A stretch of 64,000 nt of DNA from Candidatus Parcubacteria bacterium. Lineage in GTDB: Bacteria > Patescibacteriota > Saccharimonadia > Saccharimonadales > 2-12-FULL-41-12. Location of the stretch: assembly GCA_019347895.1 (NCBI GenBank), contig JAHWKM010000001.1, forward strand, positions 21,924 to 85,923, given 5' to 3'. This document shows positions 1 through 10,281 of the stretch, in pieces; the stretch's first letter is position 1; every line of letters starts with the position of its first letter. Position numbers and translations under genes: made by a program. Under the pieces are notes generated by a model. It was given only the letters and a program-made list of their open reading frames with translations. It did no database searches and was not told where the DNA came from.

Positions 1-47
1 ACCAAAGCTATGAAGACAAGTCGGCTCCTGAGATTATTGGCGATGGC

Positions 48-635
48 ATGATTATACCGAAAATATATGCCAAGAATGGCGTAGTTGATTTTGTCAGAAT
101 TATGGACGATATCAACGGCGGAACTTTTTATGGTCAAAAGCTGCCAAGACAAGATTATCTAGAGCATAAAATTTTTTGCGAGCAGCGAGCGGCAAGATTC
201 AAAGACGATGTGGTTGATATAAGAAATCAATTGATAAGAGAGATAGACAGCCTTCCAACGGCAGTTGATGCCAGCAAGCGCTTGGCTAAGCTTGTAGAGG
301 GAAGAATGGTCGATAAAGCGCTAAATGACACATCAATAGACCCTAGTGTATTTGGTGCGGAAAGCGCAGCCAGTCTAGTCAGAGCTCGTGAATTAAAAGC
401 TTTCGGGAATCATCATGAAGCCCAGGCGTTTATGCAACATGCCCGGGCAACAGCCAAAGGTGGTTCATGCCCAGCCGCCTTCCTGTTAGAAAAAGGTTTA
501 AGCAATAATGTTAGCAAGGAGGATGCTTGGGCTGGTGGAGAGCAAAAGGGTGGAACTTGCGTAAACTGCAGTAAGAAAACCACGGTAGGCGTAAAAAATT
601 GGTGCAAAGGCTGTATTAAAGGAAATTGCGGCTAA
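48..635 (+). CDS. Hypothetical protein with C-terminal Cys-rich zinc-ribbon-like tail (CxxC...CxxC). The reading frame is open back to base 3, so the gene may be 5'-truncated by the window edge.
   Basis: ORF of 195 aa with a C-terminus of GGTCVNCSKK...WCKGCIKGNCG. There is no in-frame stop between position 3 and the ATG at 48. Confidence 0.45.
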   Translation: MIIPKIYAKNGVVDFVRIMDDINGGTFYGQKLPRQDYLEHKIFCEQRAARFKDDVVDIRNQLIREIDSLPTAVDASKRLAKLVEGRMVDKALNDTSIDPSVFGAESAASLVRARELKAFGNHHEAQAFMQHARATAKGGSCPAAFLLEKGLSNNVSKEDAWAGGEQKGGTCVNCSKKTTVGVKNWCKGCIKGNCG

Positions 636-704
636 TTTTAATGAAATGAAACTTCCAGGAATACGGCACTTGATATCTTCGTTAATTAACTATAAGTTTA
701 CTAG

Positions 705-1199
705 ATGAGAAGAATGGGCGTTTTGGCTGGGGTGTTTGATCCGATTCATTTGGGGCATATTGATTTTATTGAGCGTACAATTCTCGATAATTCACTGGAT
801 AAAGTTTATTTGCTGGTTGAGAAAAACCCCAAACACAAGCCGGTTTTTGCTAATTATAATCAGCGTGTGGAAATGATTAATCTGGCCGTAGAGAAACATC
901 CAAAAATAAAGGTTTATGATTGCGGCGCAGACAGCTATCCGATCAGCAATTGTTTACCGGAGATTAAAAAAATTTACCAGCCAGCTAAGCTTTACTTGCT
1001 AGTTGGCCATGATGTGGCCGATCACATAAAGTTCTGGCCTAATGCGGGCAAATTGCTTGAAGGTGTTGAGCTGGTGATAGCGGAGCGGAACGACGGCATA
1101 ACTTCAGGCAAAATCCGAAACGCTTTTTCCAGCCACCAAGACCCAGCCGGCCTCGACCACAAAATTCATCAATACATCCTAGCCAATCACCTGTACTAA
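705..1199 (+). CDS. nadD: Nicotinate-nucleotide adenylyltransferase (NaMN adenylyltransferase).
   Basis: The N-terminal GVFDPIHLGH matches the (H/T)xGH nucleotidyltransferase motif of NadD. The size of 164 aa is compact but consistent. Confidence 0.75.
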   Translation: MRRMGVLAGVFDPIHLGHIDFIERTILDNSLDKVYLLVEKNPKHKPVFANYNQRVEMINLAVEKHPKIKVYDCGADSYPISNCLPEIKKIYQPAKLYLLVGHDVADHIKFWPNAGKLLEGVELVIAERNDGITSGKIRNAFSSHQDPAGLDHKIHQYILANHLY

Positions 1200-1285
1200 A
1201 ACACCCTCAAAAAAGTGACGATCGTCGCAAAAGTGTTAGTGTTTTTGTCGCATGCTAAGGAAGGTATTGACAAGAAAGGCTGGGG

Positions 1286-2980
1286 CTAGAGAGAAGTGAT
1301 GTCCGGGGCGTGGTTTTCCAGATGGGCAAGATGACGGTCGCGGAATTTTTTAAATTCGGCTTTGTTGAGTCCGGTTCGTTTAATAAACTGGCCGATTTTC
1401 TCCGAGCCGATATAGTGTGGAATCATCACGTAACTGGCGCCAAGATCATACAGCTCAGTGGCCTGATGGACATTTTCGGCGTGGCATATTATAGCGCAGT
1501 CCGGATTGGATTTTAGGATCAAATTAACCAAAAAAACGTTGGTGGAATGGTCGCTGATAGTTGAAACCACCAGCTTGGATTTTTCTATATTAGCTTCCTT
1601 GAGCAGCTCAGTATCGGTCACGTCGCCATACAGATAGGCGATTTTTTGCTGTTCCATTAAGTCAATTATTTCCGGGTCGTAATCAATCACCATAAAGCGG
1701 TGTTTCATCTGTTTAAAAATACGCACAAACTCGTGTCCGCCGTGATGATAACCCAGCAGTACGATCGGGTAACCCTCTGAGCGTTTGTGCTCGCGGTAAG
1801 TAACTTCTTTTTCAAACAGCTTAAATTTTATCTGGTCAAATTTAGCAAACAGCTGGTCGTCGTAATGCATTAAGTAGGTGGATATGGCGATTGTAATAAT
1901 AGCCACCAGCGTAATGATAGAAGCTACCTCAGGCCGGGCCAAACCTGAACTGACCGCAAGAACCACTAGTATTATGGAAAATTCACTGATTTGAGATAAA
2001 TTTATACCGGTTTTAAAGCTAACACGCTTTGTGTAACCTAAAAATCCCATAGTAGACGTTATAATCAGCGGCTTGCCTATAATTACAATGGCCGACAAGA
2101 TCATTGCCGGTATAATTCCGCTGGCAATATTACCGAGGCTCATGCTTTGGCCCAGGGTGATAAAGAACAGCACTACGAAGAAATCGCGAAGCGGCTTTAG
2201 CCTGGAGGCTATTTCCTGCACATATGGTGAAGCGGCCAGCGCAACACCGGCGAACAAAGCGCCTACTTCTATAGAAAAACCGCTGATTTTGAACAAGGTG
2301 GCGATACCGAACCCCCAGGCAATTGCAAATAAAAACAATAACTCCTGGGTTCCGGCCATGTATCTGGAAACTTTTGGCAGGATTCTTGTGCTGCAAATTG
2401 CCAGGAATGCCAGCAGCAGCAGCCCCTTGCCAAGCAGCAGCAGAATCTGTTCTAGGTTAAACTGCCCATCCTCGCCCGCCACAATAAACAGCAAGGCAAA
2501 GGTGGCTATAATGTCTTCGACAAGAATAACCCCAATGGCAATCTGGCCGTGCAGGCGGCCTTGCTCGCGCTTGTCGCTGAGGATTTTGATGATAATAATG
2601 GTGCTGGAAAAAAACAACGCCAAGCCGATGAGCAAGGCTTCCGTTATGCTAAAACCCATCAAACTGCTAGAGGCGAATCCGAGCAGGGTGATGGTAAGGA
2701 GGGACATGCCGGCAATCAGCGGCACCACTTTGCCGAGCTTGCGCAGCTCCGATACGTTCATGCCAAGCCCGATAATAAACAGCAGAAGGGCAATACCTAG
2801 GGCGGAAAATGTCTGGAACATCTCGACGGATTGGATTAGGTTAAAAATAGACGGCCCTACCAAAAGTCCGGCCAGTATGTAGCCCAGTATCAACGGCTGC
2901 CGCAGGATTTTCATGACAATAGAAACAATGGCCGTTACCAGTATCACAACGCTAAGTTCGGTAAAAATCGTATCGTGCAT
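1286..2980 (-). CDS. Monovalent cation:proton antiporter of the CPA2 (Kef-type) family with C-terminal RCK/TrkA regulatory domains.
   Basis: 564 aa. The N-terminal approximately 380 aa are polytopic membrane sequence typical of Na_H_Exchanger. The C-terminal soluble region (PIVLLGYHHGGHEFVRIF...) resembles TrkA-N and TrkA-C domains. Confidence 0.7.
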   Translation of the reverse strand: MHDTIFTELSVVILVTAIVSIVMKILRQPLILGYILAGLLVGPSIFNLIQSVEMFQTFSALGIALLLFIIGLGMNVSELRKLGKVVPLIAGMSLLTITLLGFASSSLMGFSITEALLIGLALFFSSTIIIIKILSDKREQGRLHGQIAIGVILVEDIIATFALLFIVAGEDGQFNLEQILLLLGKGLLLLAFLAICSTRILPKVSRYMAGTQELLFLFAIAWGFGIATLFKISGFSIEVGALFAGVALAASPYVQEIASRLKPLRDFFVVLFFITLGQSMSLGNIASGIIPAMILSAIVIIGKPLIITSTMGFLGYTKRVSFKTGINLSQISEFSIILVVLAVSSGLARPEVASIITLVAIITIAISTYLMHYDDQLFAKFDQIKFKLFEKEVTYREHKRSEGYPIVLLGYHHGGHEFVRIFKQMKHRFMVIDYDPEIIDLMEQQKIAYLYGDVTDTELLKEANIEKSKLVVSTISDHSTNVFLVNLILKSNPDCAIICHAENVHQATELYDLGASYVMIPHYIGSEKIGQFIKRTGLNKAEFKKFRDRHLAHLENHAPDITSL

Positions 2981-3053
2981 GTTTCTTTTAGCAGGCTAGT
3001 TTTATTTAGCTTATACTTCCAATCAATTATATAGTATTGTTAAGTTAGAAACC

Positions 3054-3530
3054 ATGAAGCCAGTATTTAGAAAAATATCAGCCAAAATTTCTAATGCCGC
3101 CGGTACGGCTTACGCTTTTTTAGGTGCCGTATTCGTAGTTTTAGTTTGGTCCTTCAGCGGGCCGTTATTTAACTTTTCAGATACCTGGCAGCTGGTCATT
3201 AATACCGGCACGACCATTGTGACGTTTTTGATGGTATTTTTGATTCAAAACACCCAAAACCGCGACTCCAAAGCGGTTCATTTAAAATTGGACGAGCTAA
3301 TCCGAGCCACCAAAGCCCGCGATGCCTTCGTAGATCTGGAAGATTTAACAGACGAGGAATTGAGCCAGCTGGATAAAGAATTTCACGAAATCCACGACCA
3401 GCAAGCAACTGGTCCGGTTATGAAAAAGCTGCAAAAAAGCATCAAGATAGAGCATGAACTGCGCAAAACCGGCAATCGATATTCGGTTGAAAAACTTAAT
3501 GAGATTATCAAAAAGATAACTGATTATTAG
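3054..3530 (+). CDS. Low-affinity iron permease family small membrane protein (PF04120-like).
   Basis: 158 aa with two N-terminal TM helices, then LIQNTQNRDSKAVHLKLDELIRA. This recalls the conserved core of the low-affinity iron permease family. Confidence 0.5.
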   Translation: MKPVFRKISAKISNAAGTAYAFLGAVFVVLVWSFSGPLFNFSDTWQLVINTGTTIVTFLMVFLIQNTQNRDSKAVHLKLDELIRATKARDAFVDLEDLTDEELSQLDKEFHEIHDQQATGPVMKKLQKSIKIEHELRKTGNRYSVEKLNEIIKKITDY

Positions 3531-3604
3531 TTTCAAGGTTTGTAACCTAACCATGCTATCCCTAAAACCTAAGGATCTCGCAGTGATATAGTGAGGTTTA
3601 ACGA

Positions 3605-4522
3605 ATGGATATATTCTTTGAACTGCTTACAAAACTAATCCCGATATTTTTATTAATATTACTAGGCTATATAGCCGGTAAATATTTTAAGGTTAATAAA
3701 AATACAGTTGCCAATCTGCTAATTTACATTATTTCTCCGGTTGTTGTTTTTTATGGCGTGGTTACTACAGAAATAAATGCCGGAACTCTTGCTTTGCCCA
3801 TTATATTTTTTGCTGTCAGCTGCTTGGTAGCACTTATCACTTACGGTGTCGCAAACTTTGTTTGGAAGGACGGTAACAGGAATGCCGTAGCTTTTATTGG
3901 TGGAAGCAGTAATTCTGGTTTTTTTGGGTTGCCTGTAGCGGTGGCCCTGTTTGGCGAAGGTTCGATCAGCGTAGTTGCGCTAGCTATACTTGGCACAACA
4001 CTATATCTCACTACGTTCGGCTACTTCCTGGCAGCTAAAGGCAAACACACGTCGCGAGAGAGCTTGATTAAGGTTTTAACAATGCCGATTTTGTACGGAT
4101 TTATTATCGGAGTCTTTATCCACTATATTAATTTTTCAGTACCGTCTAATTTTCTTGATATCGCCAGGAGCTTCAACGGCGCGTTTATTGTACTGGGCAT
4201 GATGATGGTTGGACTTGGCCTTGCTGACATTAAAAGATATGAATTTGATAAGGTTTTTGTCTTTTTATCCTTTTTCGCTAAATTTGTTATCTGGCCGGCG
4301 GTAATTCTTGGAATTATTTTAGTCGATAGAAAGTTTTTTGGTTTTTACGATGAATACACTCAAAAAATATTGGTGATGCTTTCATTAGTACCTGTGGCTG
4401 GCAATATTGTGGCCTATTCAACGATTTTAAAATCTCATCCAGAGAAGTCGGCACTATCGGTTTTCTTAACGACTATCTTCGGATTAATTTTTATACCAAT
4501 TGTAGCCGTCTTGTTTTTTTAA
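3605..4522 (+). CDS. Auxin efflux carrier (AEC) family transporter.
   Basis: 305 aa polytopic membrane protein. The N-terminal MDIFFELLTKLIPIFLLILLGY and a two-halves organisation are typical of Mem_trans/AEC permeases. Confidence 0.6.
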   Translation: MDIFFELLTKLIPIFLLILLGYIAGKYFKVNKNTVANLLIYIISPVVVFYGVVTTEINAGTLALPIIFFAVSCLVALITYGVANFVWKDGNRNAVAFIGGSSNSGFFGLPVAVALFGEGSISVVALAILGTTLYLTTFGYFLAAKGKHTSRESLIKVLTMPILYGFIIGVFIHYINFSVPSNFLDIARSFNGAFIVLGMMMVGLGLADIKRYEFDKVFVFLSFFAKFVIWPAVILGIILVDRKFFGFYDEYTQKILVMLSLVPVAGNIVAYSTILKSHPEKSALSVFLTTIFGLIFIPIVAVLFF

Positions 4523-4767
4523 CTATTGGGGGTTGGCGTTGGCGATGGCTTCGTCTATTACCTTTTTGAATTCTCTTTTAAGGTTTTTTGGTTTCGACTT
4601 TTGGATTCACGCTCGAGAAAATGAACGAGTGACAGGCTAATTTAATGGAGTTTTTATGACGCTCTGACTGTCCAGGAGGTAACTGATCTGAAACGCAAAA
4701 CGCTTTACAGCGAAGACTTGCCAGCCGGACAAAAGTTTGGCTAGCTGAAAACCATAAATCCATTTGT

Positions 4768-5304
4768 TTAAGGGGCGGTAGGTTCAGGACTTTTGCCGAT
4801 GTTGGCTAGATAAAATTGAACCAATAAATCCTCGTTGAACTCATCTAGCTCATATGTTTTTGTCCAGCTAGCAAGTTGGATTGGTTTGGAATTGCTGGCT
4901 CTAGGCATAACCAAGGCTTTGCTGGGTTGAAAATTTTCTCTGGAGTAGGGCGGTCCAAACAAAGCTTTTAATTTTTCAATCTGATCTTGAGGCAAATCCG
5001 GTTTGTAAGCTATAACTACGCCTCCATGCTCCAAGTTGTGCACGAAAGTTTCCGGTGGCACCTCGGTCTCGTGTATGCCCCAGTTGGTAGGCTGCTGGGC
5101 ATGGGGTCCGGAACTGGGCAGGTCTGAATTATATTGGCCGTAAGTAGCCCCGTTAGCCAAGTGCTCACGACCTTGATCCTCATGGGACTGGCCTAGTTCC
5201 AGCCCGGCCTTGCCGGGATCTACGCTGTCATCTTTAGTGAAATAAAATAAACCGAACATTAGTCCGATTACAATTACTACAACTACGATAAATTGTTTAC
5301 CCAT
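4768..5304 (-). CDS. DUF3105-like membrane-anchored protein.
   Basis: N-terminal TM helix and a conserved HNLEHGGVVIAYKPDLP core resembling DUF3105. Confidence 0.45.
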   Translation of the reverse strand: MGKQFIVVVVIVIGLMFGLFYFTKDDSVDPGKAGLELGQSHEDQGREHLANGATYGQYNSDLPSSGPHAQQPTNWGIHETEVPPETFVHNLEHGGVVIAYKPDLPQDQIEKLKALFGPPYSRENFQPSKALVMPRASNSKPIQLASWTKTYELDEFNEDLLVQFYLANIGKSPEPTAP

Positions 5305-5306
5305 AA

Positions 5307-6305
5307 ATGGGAGTACTCCTTAAATTTATCTCAATAATAACATTTTTTGCCTGGGGCGTAGAAAAATCTTACAATACAAGCATGTGGGGCCAAGTGCTGA
5401 CAATCTTACTATTTACTATAAGCGCCCTGGCTGTCAGTTTGCGGAAATATTATCTGCAAAGCCCGGTTATAGAACCTCCTGCCAGACAAGCCAACCCGGC
5501 CCTAAAGCGCCGCACGGTAAAGTCAACCAAGCGCGAACATGTTTTATCCGCCCTTTTAATAATTATAGCCGTTATTTGCTTTAGCTTATTCGCGGCCATA
5601 CTGCCGGCTTATGTACCGAAGATAGTTTATTTCGCTATATTAGCGCTGGGTGTATACTTTGTATTTTTTTATCTGCCGGGCAAAAACAGCGGACGTTTTA
5701 TAACGGACTTGGCCGGCCTGTTGACGCCGCTTTTTATTGCCTTGTTAAGTAAAACCAAAAACCAGACCAAAAGCCTGGAGAAGCGTTTGGCCGAGCGGGA
5801 AAAGTCCAAAAACGTCTACAGGCATTTGACTAAAACCGAAATCCTGGAGATGCTAAACCGGCAAAAAGCCAATTACGACGGCCGCAGCCTGGCCAAAGGG
5901 CTAAATTTTGCCATAAATTCCATCAACCTGGGAGGTAAGCAAATTGAAGACTATACGATGCCGCTGGCAGACGTGCATCTGGTTGGCGCTCAAGAAACCG
6001 CCGGCCCGATTTTAATAGACGAACTGCATAAGTCAGGCTACCGAATTTTTCCCGTTAACAACAAGAACGAGGGGATTATTGGTACGGTCAGGCTGTCAGA
6101 CTTAATCGATCTGAGCGAGGGCGGCAGGGCAATCAAGGACGTGATGAACAATGACCTGCAGTATCTAGATGAGGATGACAGCGTTATGGCCGCATTTGAT
6201 AAATTCGTTAACTATGGAACCACTATGTTCATAGTTAAAGCCGGCAATAAAGATTCCGGCATTTTATATCTTGAAGATCTCACCAGTGAACTCATAGAAG
6301 AATAG
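5307..6305 (+). CDS. Membrane protein with a C-terminal CBS domain pair.
   Basis: The N-terminal approximately 150 aa are hydrophobic (4-5 TM). The C-terminal approximately 130 aa show a tandem CBS-like pattern (...IIGTVRLSDLID... and ...FIVKAGNKDSGILYLEDL). Confidence 0.5.
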   Translation: MGVLLKFISIITFFAWGVEKSYNTSMWGQVLTILLFTISALAVSLRKYYLQSPVIEPPARQANPALKRRTVKSTKREHVLSALLIIIAVICFSLFAAILPAYVPKIVYFAILALGVYFVFFYLPGKNSGRFITDLAGLLTPLFIALLSKTKNQTKSLEKRLAEREKSKNVYRHLTKTEILEMLNRQKANYDGRSLAKGLNFAINSINLGGKQIEDYTMPLADVHLVGAQETAGPILIDELHKSGYRIFPVNNKNEGIIGTVRLSDLIDLSEGGRAIKDVMNNDLQYLDEDDSVMAAFDKFVNYGTTMFIVKAGNKDSGILYLEDLTSELIEE

Positions 6306-6314
6306 TCCGGGGCT

Positions 6315-8183
6315 TTATTTGATTAGCTGGTTGCGCAGCTCCTGGTTTAGATTTATAAGCCGAAGTGTATCAGGAATATCGCCTGGCAAGCCGACGCATA
6401 CGCCAAATAGCTGCTTGACAGTCCAGCCGGAATTTTCCGCCTTTCTAATTTCGTAGCGGTTTATGCTGTATCTTACCTGGCCGGATTTGGTTAACTCATA
6501 AAGGAAACTGCCGGGGATTAAGCTGCCCCCGCAGCGGCGAATTCTTTCCGCCCCTAGAATTTCACCCGTAAAACGATAAGTAATCGGCGGATTGAATAAG
6601 TCGATGCTGCGGTTAAGCGCTTTGTCGACTACAGTAACGCCGAAGCCATAGCTATTGTGGCGAGGGCTGGCGGCTGTCAGGCTGCGGCGGTCGGAATTCT
6701 CAAACAGTGTGCCGGTTAATTCATCCCAAGAAGCATCAGGCTGCTGGCTGCGAAGCAAGGCCAGCGCACCGCTTACGAAGGGCGTGGCAAAGGACGTGCC
6801 GGCCGCTCCGCTGGCGTAGGCTGAAGTTTTATTGGTTTTGGTCCAATTGGTGGTTGTCATATCCGTACCGGGAGCCACGATATCCAAATTGGAGCCGTAG
6901 TTGCTAAACGAAGCAGCATTGCTGGATGAGTTTGAGGCGCCGACGGCCACAACTTCAGGGTAGTTGGCAGGGTAGACAATACAGTCGCAGCCGTCGTTGC
7001 CTGAGGCGGCTACTATCAAAATGCCTTTACTCTGCGCGTATAACATGGCTTCGCGCAAAAACGGGTCCTCAAGGTCTGTTCCTAGACTGATACTGATGAC
7101 ATCTACGCCTCGATCGCTGGCGTAATATATGGCATCGGCCACGGTGTAACTATTGCCGTAGCTGTCGTCGTTTAGAGCTTGCAGCGGCAAAATTTTAGTT
7201 TGCCAGTTAACCCCGGCAATACCTACGCTATTGTTACCAGTAGCGCCTAAAATGCCTGTTACCAAGCTGCCATGCTGTGTGCCGTCGCCGTCGGGATTGG
7301 TTTCACCGGCTTCGGCGCTGCGCTCAAAATTTATAAAATCCCAGCCTAGATAATCATCTGCCAGCCCGTTGCCGTCATCATCCAGGCGGTTGCAGGATTT
7401 ATTAAGAACGATCAGTCGGTCGGTGCAATTAAGAGTAGAAACATGTTCGACGGTTGTCGGCCCTGATTCGTTATCGACAATGCGGTCGAAATCGTCGTCT
7501 ATGTTATTGCAAGATTTGTCTAAGGCTAAACTCCGGTCCGTGCAGTTTAAACGGCTTGGACCTTCCTGCGTGGTAGCGCCTGACTCGCCGCTATTATAGG
7601 CCCAGCGGTTGGAAAACTCCTGGTGGTTTAGGGCGAAACCGGTATCGATTACCGCCACGGTTGTCTGCTTAGCGCCTGGCGGCTTGCCCCAAGCTGACTG
7701 CATTCCGGTTGGCGCGACCCACCACTGGTCGGCGTAAGGATCATTTGGTGTCAGCTGCGGTTCGTAAATTCTAAGCGGATAAGTCTTGCCGTTTTTGGTT
7801 ATGGTCTGGTTTTTTTCGCTGACTTGAGCGTCTGAAGCGTAGGCCGGGGGTTTTTTCGGCCGACTGTTAGTTGGCGGGGAAAGCCGGCGGGTTTTTTCGG
7901 AACCATCCGGCCGCACGCCGGTCTTGGCGTCTTCGTGACCCGTCAGGTTATCGGGCGCAACGGCAGCGGCCGTCGAAGAGCCGGCAGCCAAGTCTCCCGG
8001 AGGATAACTTGAGCGAACATTTACCAAGGCTATAACTAGGGTTAATACTAAAAAGCCCCAGACAGACTGCTGAAGGTAGATTTTATTTTTTGGCATTTTT
8101 ATTTTTGTTAACACTTTATAATTATAGCAAAAATTTGCTTTAAAGTCAATAGCCTTTAGCGGTTTAAATATGGTATAGTACAC
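6315..8183 (-). CDS. Subtilisin-like serine protease (peptidase S8). It is membrane-anchored or secreted and carries a duplicated Cys-containing insert.
   Basis: Catalytic triad contexts are VAVIDTGF (Asp), HGSLVTGILGA (His) and GTSFATPFVSGALALL (Ser). It has an N-terminal TM or signal peptide and a Pro-rich linker. The tandem repeat is LNCTDRxLxLxKSCNxxDDD, present twice. Confidence 0.85.
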   Translation of the reverse strand: MYYTIFKPLKAIDFKANFCYNYKVLTKIKMPKNKIYLQQSVWGFLVLTLVIALVNVRSSYPPGDLAAGSSTAAAVAPDNLTGHEDAKTGVRPDGSEKTRRLSPPTNSRPKKPPAYASDAQVSEKNQTITKNGKTYPLRIYEPQLTPNDPYADQWWVAPTGMQSAWGKPPGAKQTTVAVIDTGFALNHQEFSNRWAYNSGESGATTQEGPSRLNCTDRSLALDKSCNNIDDDFDRIVDNESGPTTVEHVSTLNCTDRLIVLNKSCNRLDDDGNGLADDYLGWDFINFERSAEAGETNPDGDGTQHGSLVTGILGATGNNSVGIAGVNWQTKILPLQALNDDSYGNSYTVADAIYYASDRGVDVISISLGTDLEDPFLREAMLYAQSKGILIVAASGNDGCDCIVYPANYPEVVAVGASNSSSNAASFSNYGSNLDIVAPGTDMTTTNWTKTNKTSAYASGAAGTSFATPFVSGALALLRSQQPDASWDELTGTLFENSDRRSLTAASPRHNSYGFGVTVVDKALNRSIDLFNPPITYRFTGEILGAERIRRCGGSLIPGSFLYELTKSGQVRYSINRYEIRKAENSGWTVKQLFGVCVGLPGDIPDTLRLINLNQELRNQLIK

Positions 8184-8188
8184 TTCTA

Positions 8189-9517
8189 ATGATTAAAAAA
8201 GATCCTAGAATCCTCAGTTCGAACGTTTCCAAGCATATCGGTACCTCTATAACCATCCAAGGCTGGCTGCATAAAAAGCGGCTGCTGGGCGGCCTGAATT
8301 TTATAAATTTGCGCGACCGACGCGGTTTGGTACAAATTTTGGTCGAGGCTAAAGACGAGGTTGAGAAACTGCGCGGCTTGCAGATTGGCACGGTACTGGA
8401 AATAACGGGGCAAGTCATAAAAGATGAGCGGGCTCCGGGCGGGGCGGAGATTCATGAGCCGAAAATTAACGTTTTAGTGCCGGTTACCGAGGAACCGCCG
8501 ATTGAAGTCGATAAGCCGATCCAGCATAAGCCGGAAAACCTTGATACCCTGCTTGATCATCGTGTTTTAAACATCCGGAATCTGCAAGAACAAAAAATTT
8601 TTAAGATTAGAGCCAGCCTGTTTCGCTACATTCGGGAGTATTTGTACCAGCATGATTTCGTGGAAATCCAAACGCCAAAATTACTGCCTGGTGCAACCGA
8701 AGGCGGGGCTGAGGTTTTTAAGTTGGACTATTTTGGCAAAGAGGCGACGCTGGCTCAAAGCCCGCAGTTTTATAAGCAAATCATGGTCGGTGCCTACGAG
8801 CGTGTATTTGAAATCGGGCCGGCTTATCGCGCCGAGCCAAGCGCGACTACCCGGCATACGACCGAACTTACCATGCTGGATATCGAGATGGGCTTCGTAG
8901 CCGACCATGATGAAGTGCTCAATATGGTAGGCGGGATGACGATTGATATTTTGAAACGAGTTTATGAGGAACATGCGGCTGACTTGAAAAGCTTGAATGC
9001 ACCGGAGTTGAAGCTGCCGGAAGATGGCATTGTGCCGCAGTTTACCGTCGCTGAGATTCACGAAATGTACACTAAAGCCACAAAAATTGACACGACCGAT
9101 GAAAAAGATCTGACTCCCGATGAAGAGCGCTGGATTGCCGACTATGCTCTTAAGCAGCTGGGCAGTGACTTGGTCTACGCCGTCCGCTTTCCAATTGAAG
9201 CGATGAAATTTTACCACCGGGCAGCCGATGACGGTAAAACGGTGCTGTGGGGGGATTTGATTTACCGCGGCATTGAGATTGCTACCGTTCCGCTGCGCGA
9301 ACATAGATATCAAAAAATGATTGAACAGATGAAAAATGCCGGACTGAACCCCGAAGAAGAGGGCTTTAAGTACTACCTGCAGGCCTTTAAATACGGCTTG
9401 CCGCAACACGGAGGCTGCGGTTATGGCCCTGACCGGCTGGTTCAAAAAACGGTCGGCCTCAACAATGTTAAAGAAGCCACTCTCTTCCCCCGCGACATGA
9501 ACCGCTTGGCGCCATGA
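8189..9517 (+). CDS. aspS: Class IIb aminoacyl-tRNA synthetase, most like archaeal/eukaryotic-type (type 2) aspartyl-tRNA synthetase. AsnRS is not excluded.
   Basis: 442 aa with an N-terminal OB-fold anticodon-binding region. It shows class II motifs QSPQFYKQ and FEIGPAYRAE...TTRHTTELTMLDIEMGF and a C-terminal GGCGYGPDRL motif 3. The length fits type-2 AspRS. Confidence 0.65.
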   Translation: MIKKDPRILSSNVSKHIGTSITIQGWLHKKRLLGGLNFINLRDRRGLVQILVEAKDEVEKLRGLQIGTVLEITGQVIKDERAPGGAEIHEPKINVLVPVTEEPPIEVDKPIQHKPENLDTLLDHRVLNIRNLQEQKIFKIRASLFRYIREYLYQHDFVEIQTPKLLPGATEGGAEVFKLDYFGKEATLAQSPQFYKQIMVGAYERVFEIGPAYRAEPSATTRHTTELTMLDIEMGFVADHDEVLNMVGGMTIDILKRVYEEHAADLKSLNAPELKLPEDGIVPQFTVAEIHEMYTKATKIDTTDEKDLTPDEERWIADYALKQLGSDLVYAVRFPIEAMKFYHRAADDGKTVLWGDLIYRGIEIATVPLREHRYQKMIEQMKNAGLNPEEEGFKYYLQAFKYGLPQHGGCGYGPDRLVQKTVGLNNVKEATLFPRDMNRLAP

Positions 9518-10128
9518 TCTACGACTTAACGCAAACGACCAACGAAGATTTACCGGTTTATCCGGGCGATCCGAAGGTTAAGCTGGAGCCGATTGGCGGA
9601 GTTGATGAGACTGGGTTTTTAGACCACTTGCTAACCATGGATACGCACAACGGCACGCACATTGACGCGCCGGCGCATATAATTGCCGACGGCAAGGAAT
9701 TAAAAGATTATCCGATTGAGCGGTTTGTGCTTAAGGGAATATGCATTGATGCACGCGGTGGTTTTAAGCCGGCGGATATTAAGCGGCAAGTTAATGAAGA
9801 TGGTTTGGCCGTATTGTTCTGTACTGGCATGAGCCGGTATTTTTATGAGGAAAAATACTGGCAAGATTATCCGGTCTTGGATGACTCTTGCATGCAAGCA
9901 CTAATCAATAAAAAAGTCTCGTTGGTCGGCATTGATGCGGGAAGCTTGGACAATCAAGACGACTTTCCGGTCCATAAAGCTTTGTTGCTGGCTGATATTT
10001 TACCTGTAGAAAACCTAACCGGACTTGAACCCATAATCGGTAAAACTTTCAATCTGTACGCTTTGCCGCTAAAGCTGGAAAAAGACGGCGCCCCCGCTCG
10101 GGTAATCGCAACGCTAAACCATCTGTGA
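9514..10128 (+). CDS. Putative cyclase family protein (kynurenine formamidase-like, PF04199).
   Basis: It carries MDTHNGTHIDAPAH, the HxGTHxDAPxH metal-binding signature of the cyclase/arylformamidase family. It overlaps the preceding gene by 4 bp (ATGA). Confidence 0.7.
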   Translation: MIYDLTQTTNEDLPVYPGDPKVKLEPIGGVDETGFLDHLLTMDTHNGTHIDAPAHIIADGKELKDYPIERFVLKGICIDARGGFKPADIKRQVNEDGLAVLFCTGMSRYFYEEKYWQDYPVLDDSCMQALINKKVSLVGIDAGSLDNQDDFPVHKALLLADILPVENLTGLEPIIGKTFNLYALPLKLEKDGAPARVIATLNHL

Positions 10129-10281
10129 CAAACGTAAAATTTACTTGTTTAGACTTAACTTTTGATAGTATTAAGGTTTTCCGCTGGGAGTGAAAGTAAA
10201 CTACAAGCCGTGGTGCGTAGGTTGTGGAGGGTTTTCTGGTATAATCTAGTCTAAAGCTTAAGTAGAATTGCAATAGATAAA

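Noticed and set aside
2073-2882. 269-aa plus-strand ORF inside the CPA2 antiporter gene.
   Set aside because: It is fully antisense to a well-supported transporter CDS. Its composition (Pro/Ser/Arg-rich) is typical of antisense translation of a membrane protein gene.
8681-9445. 254-aa minus-strand ORF inside aspS.
   Set aside because: It is antisense to a confidently identified class II aaRS, and no motifs are present.
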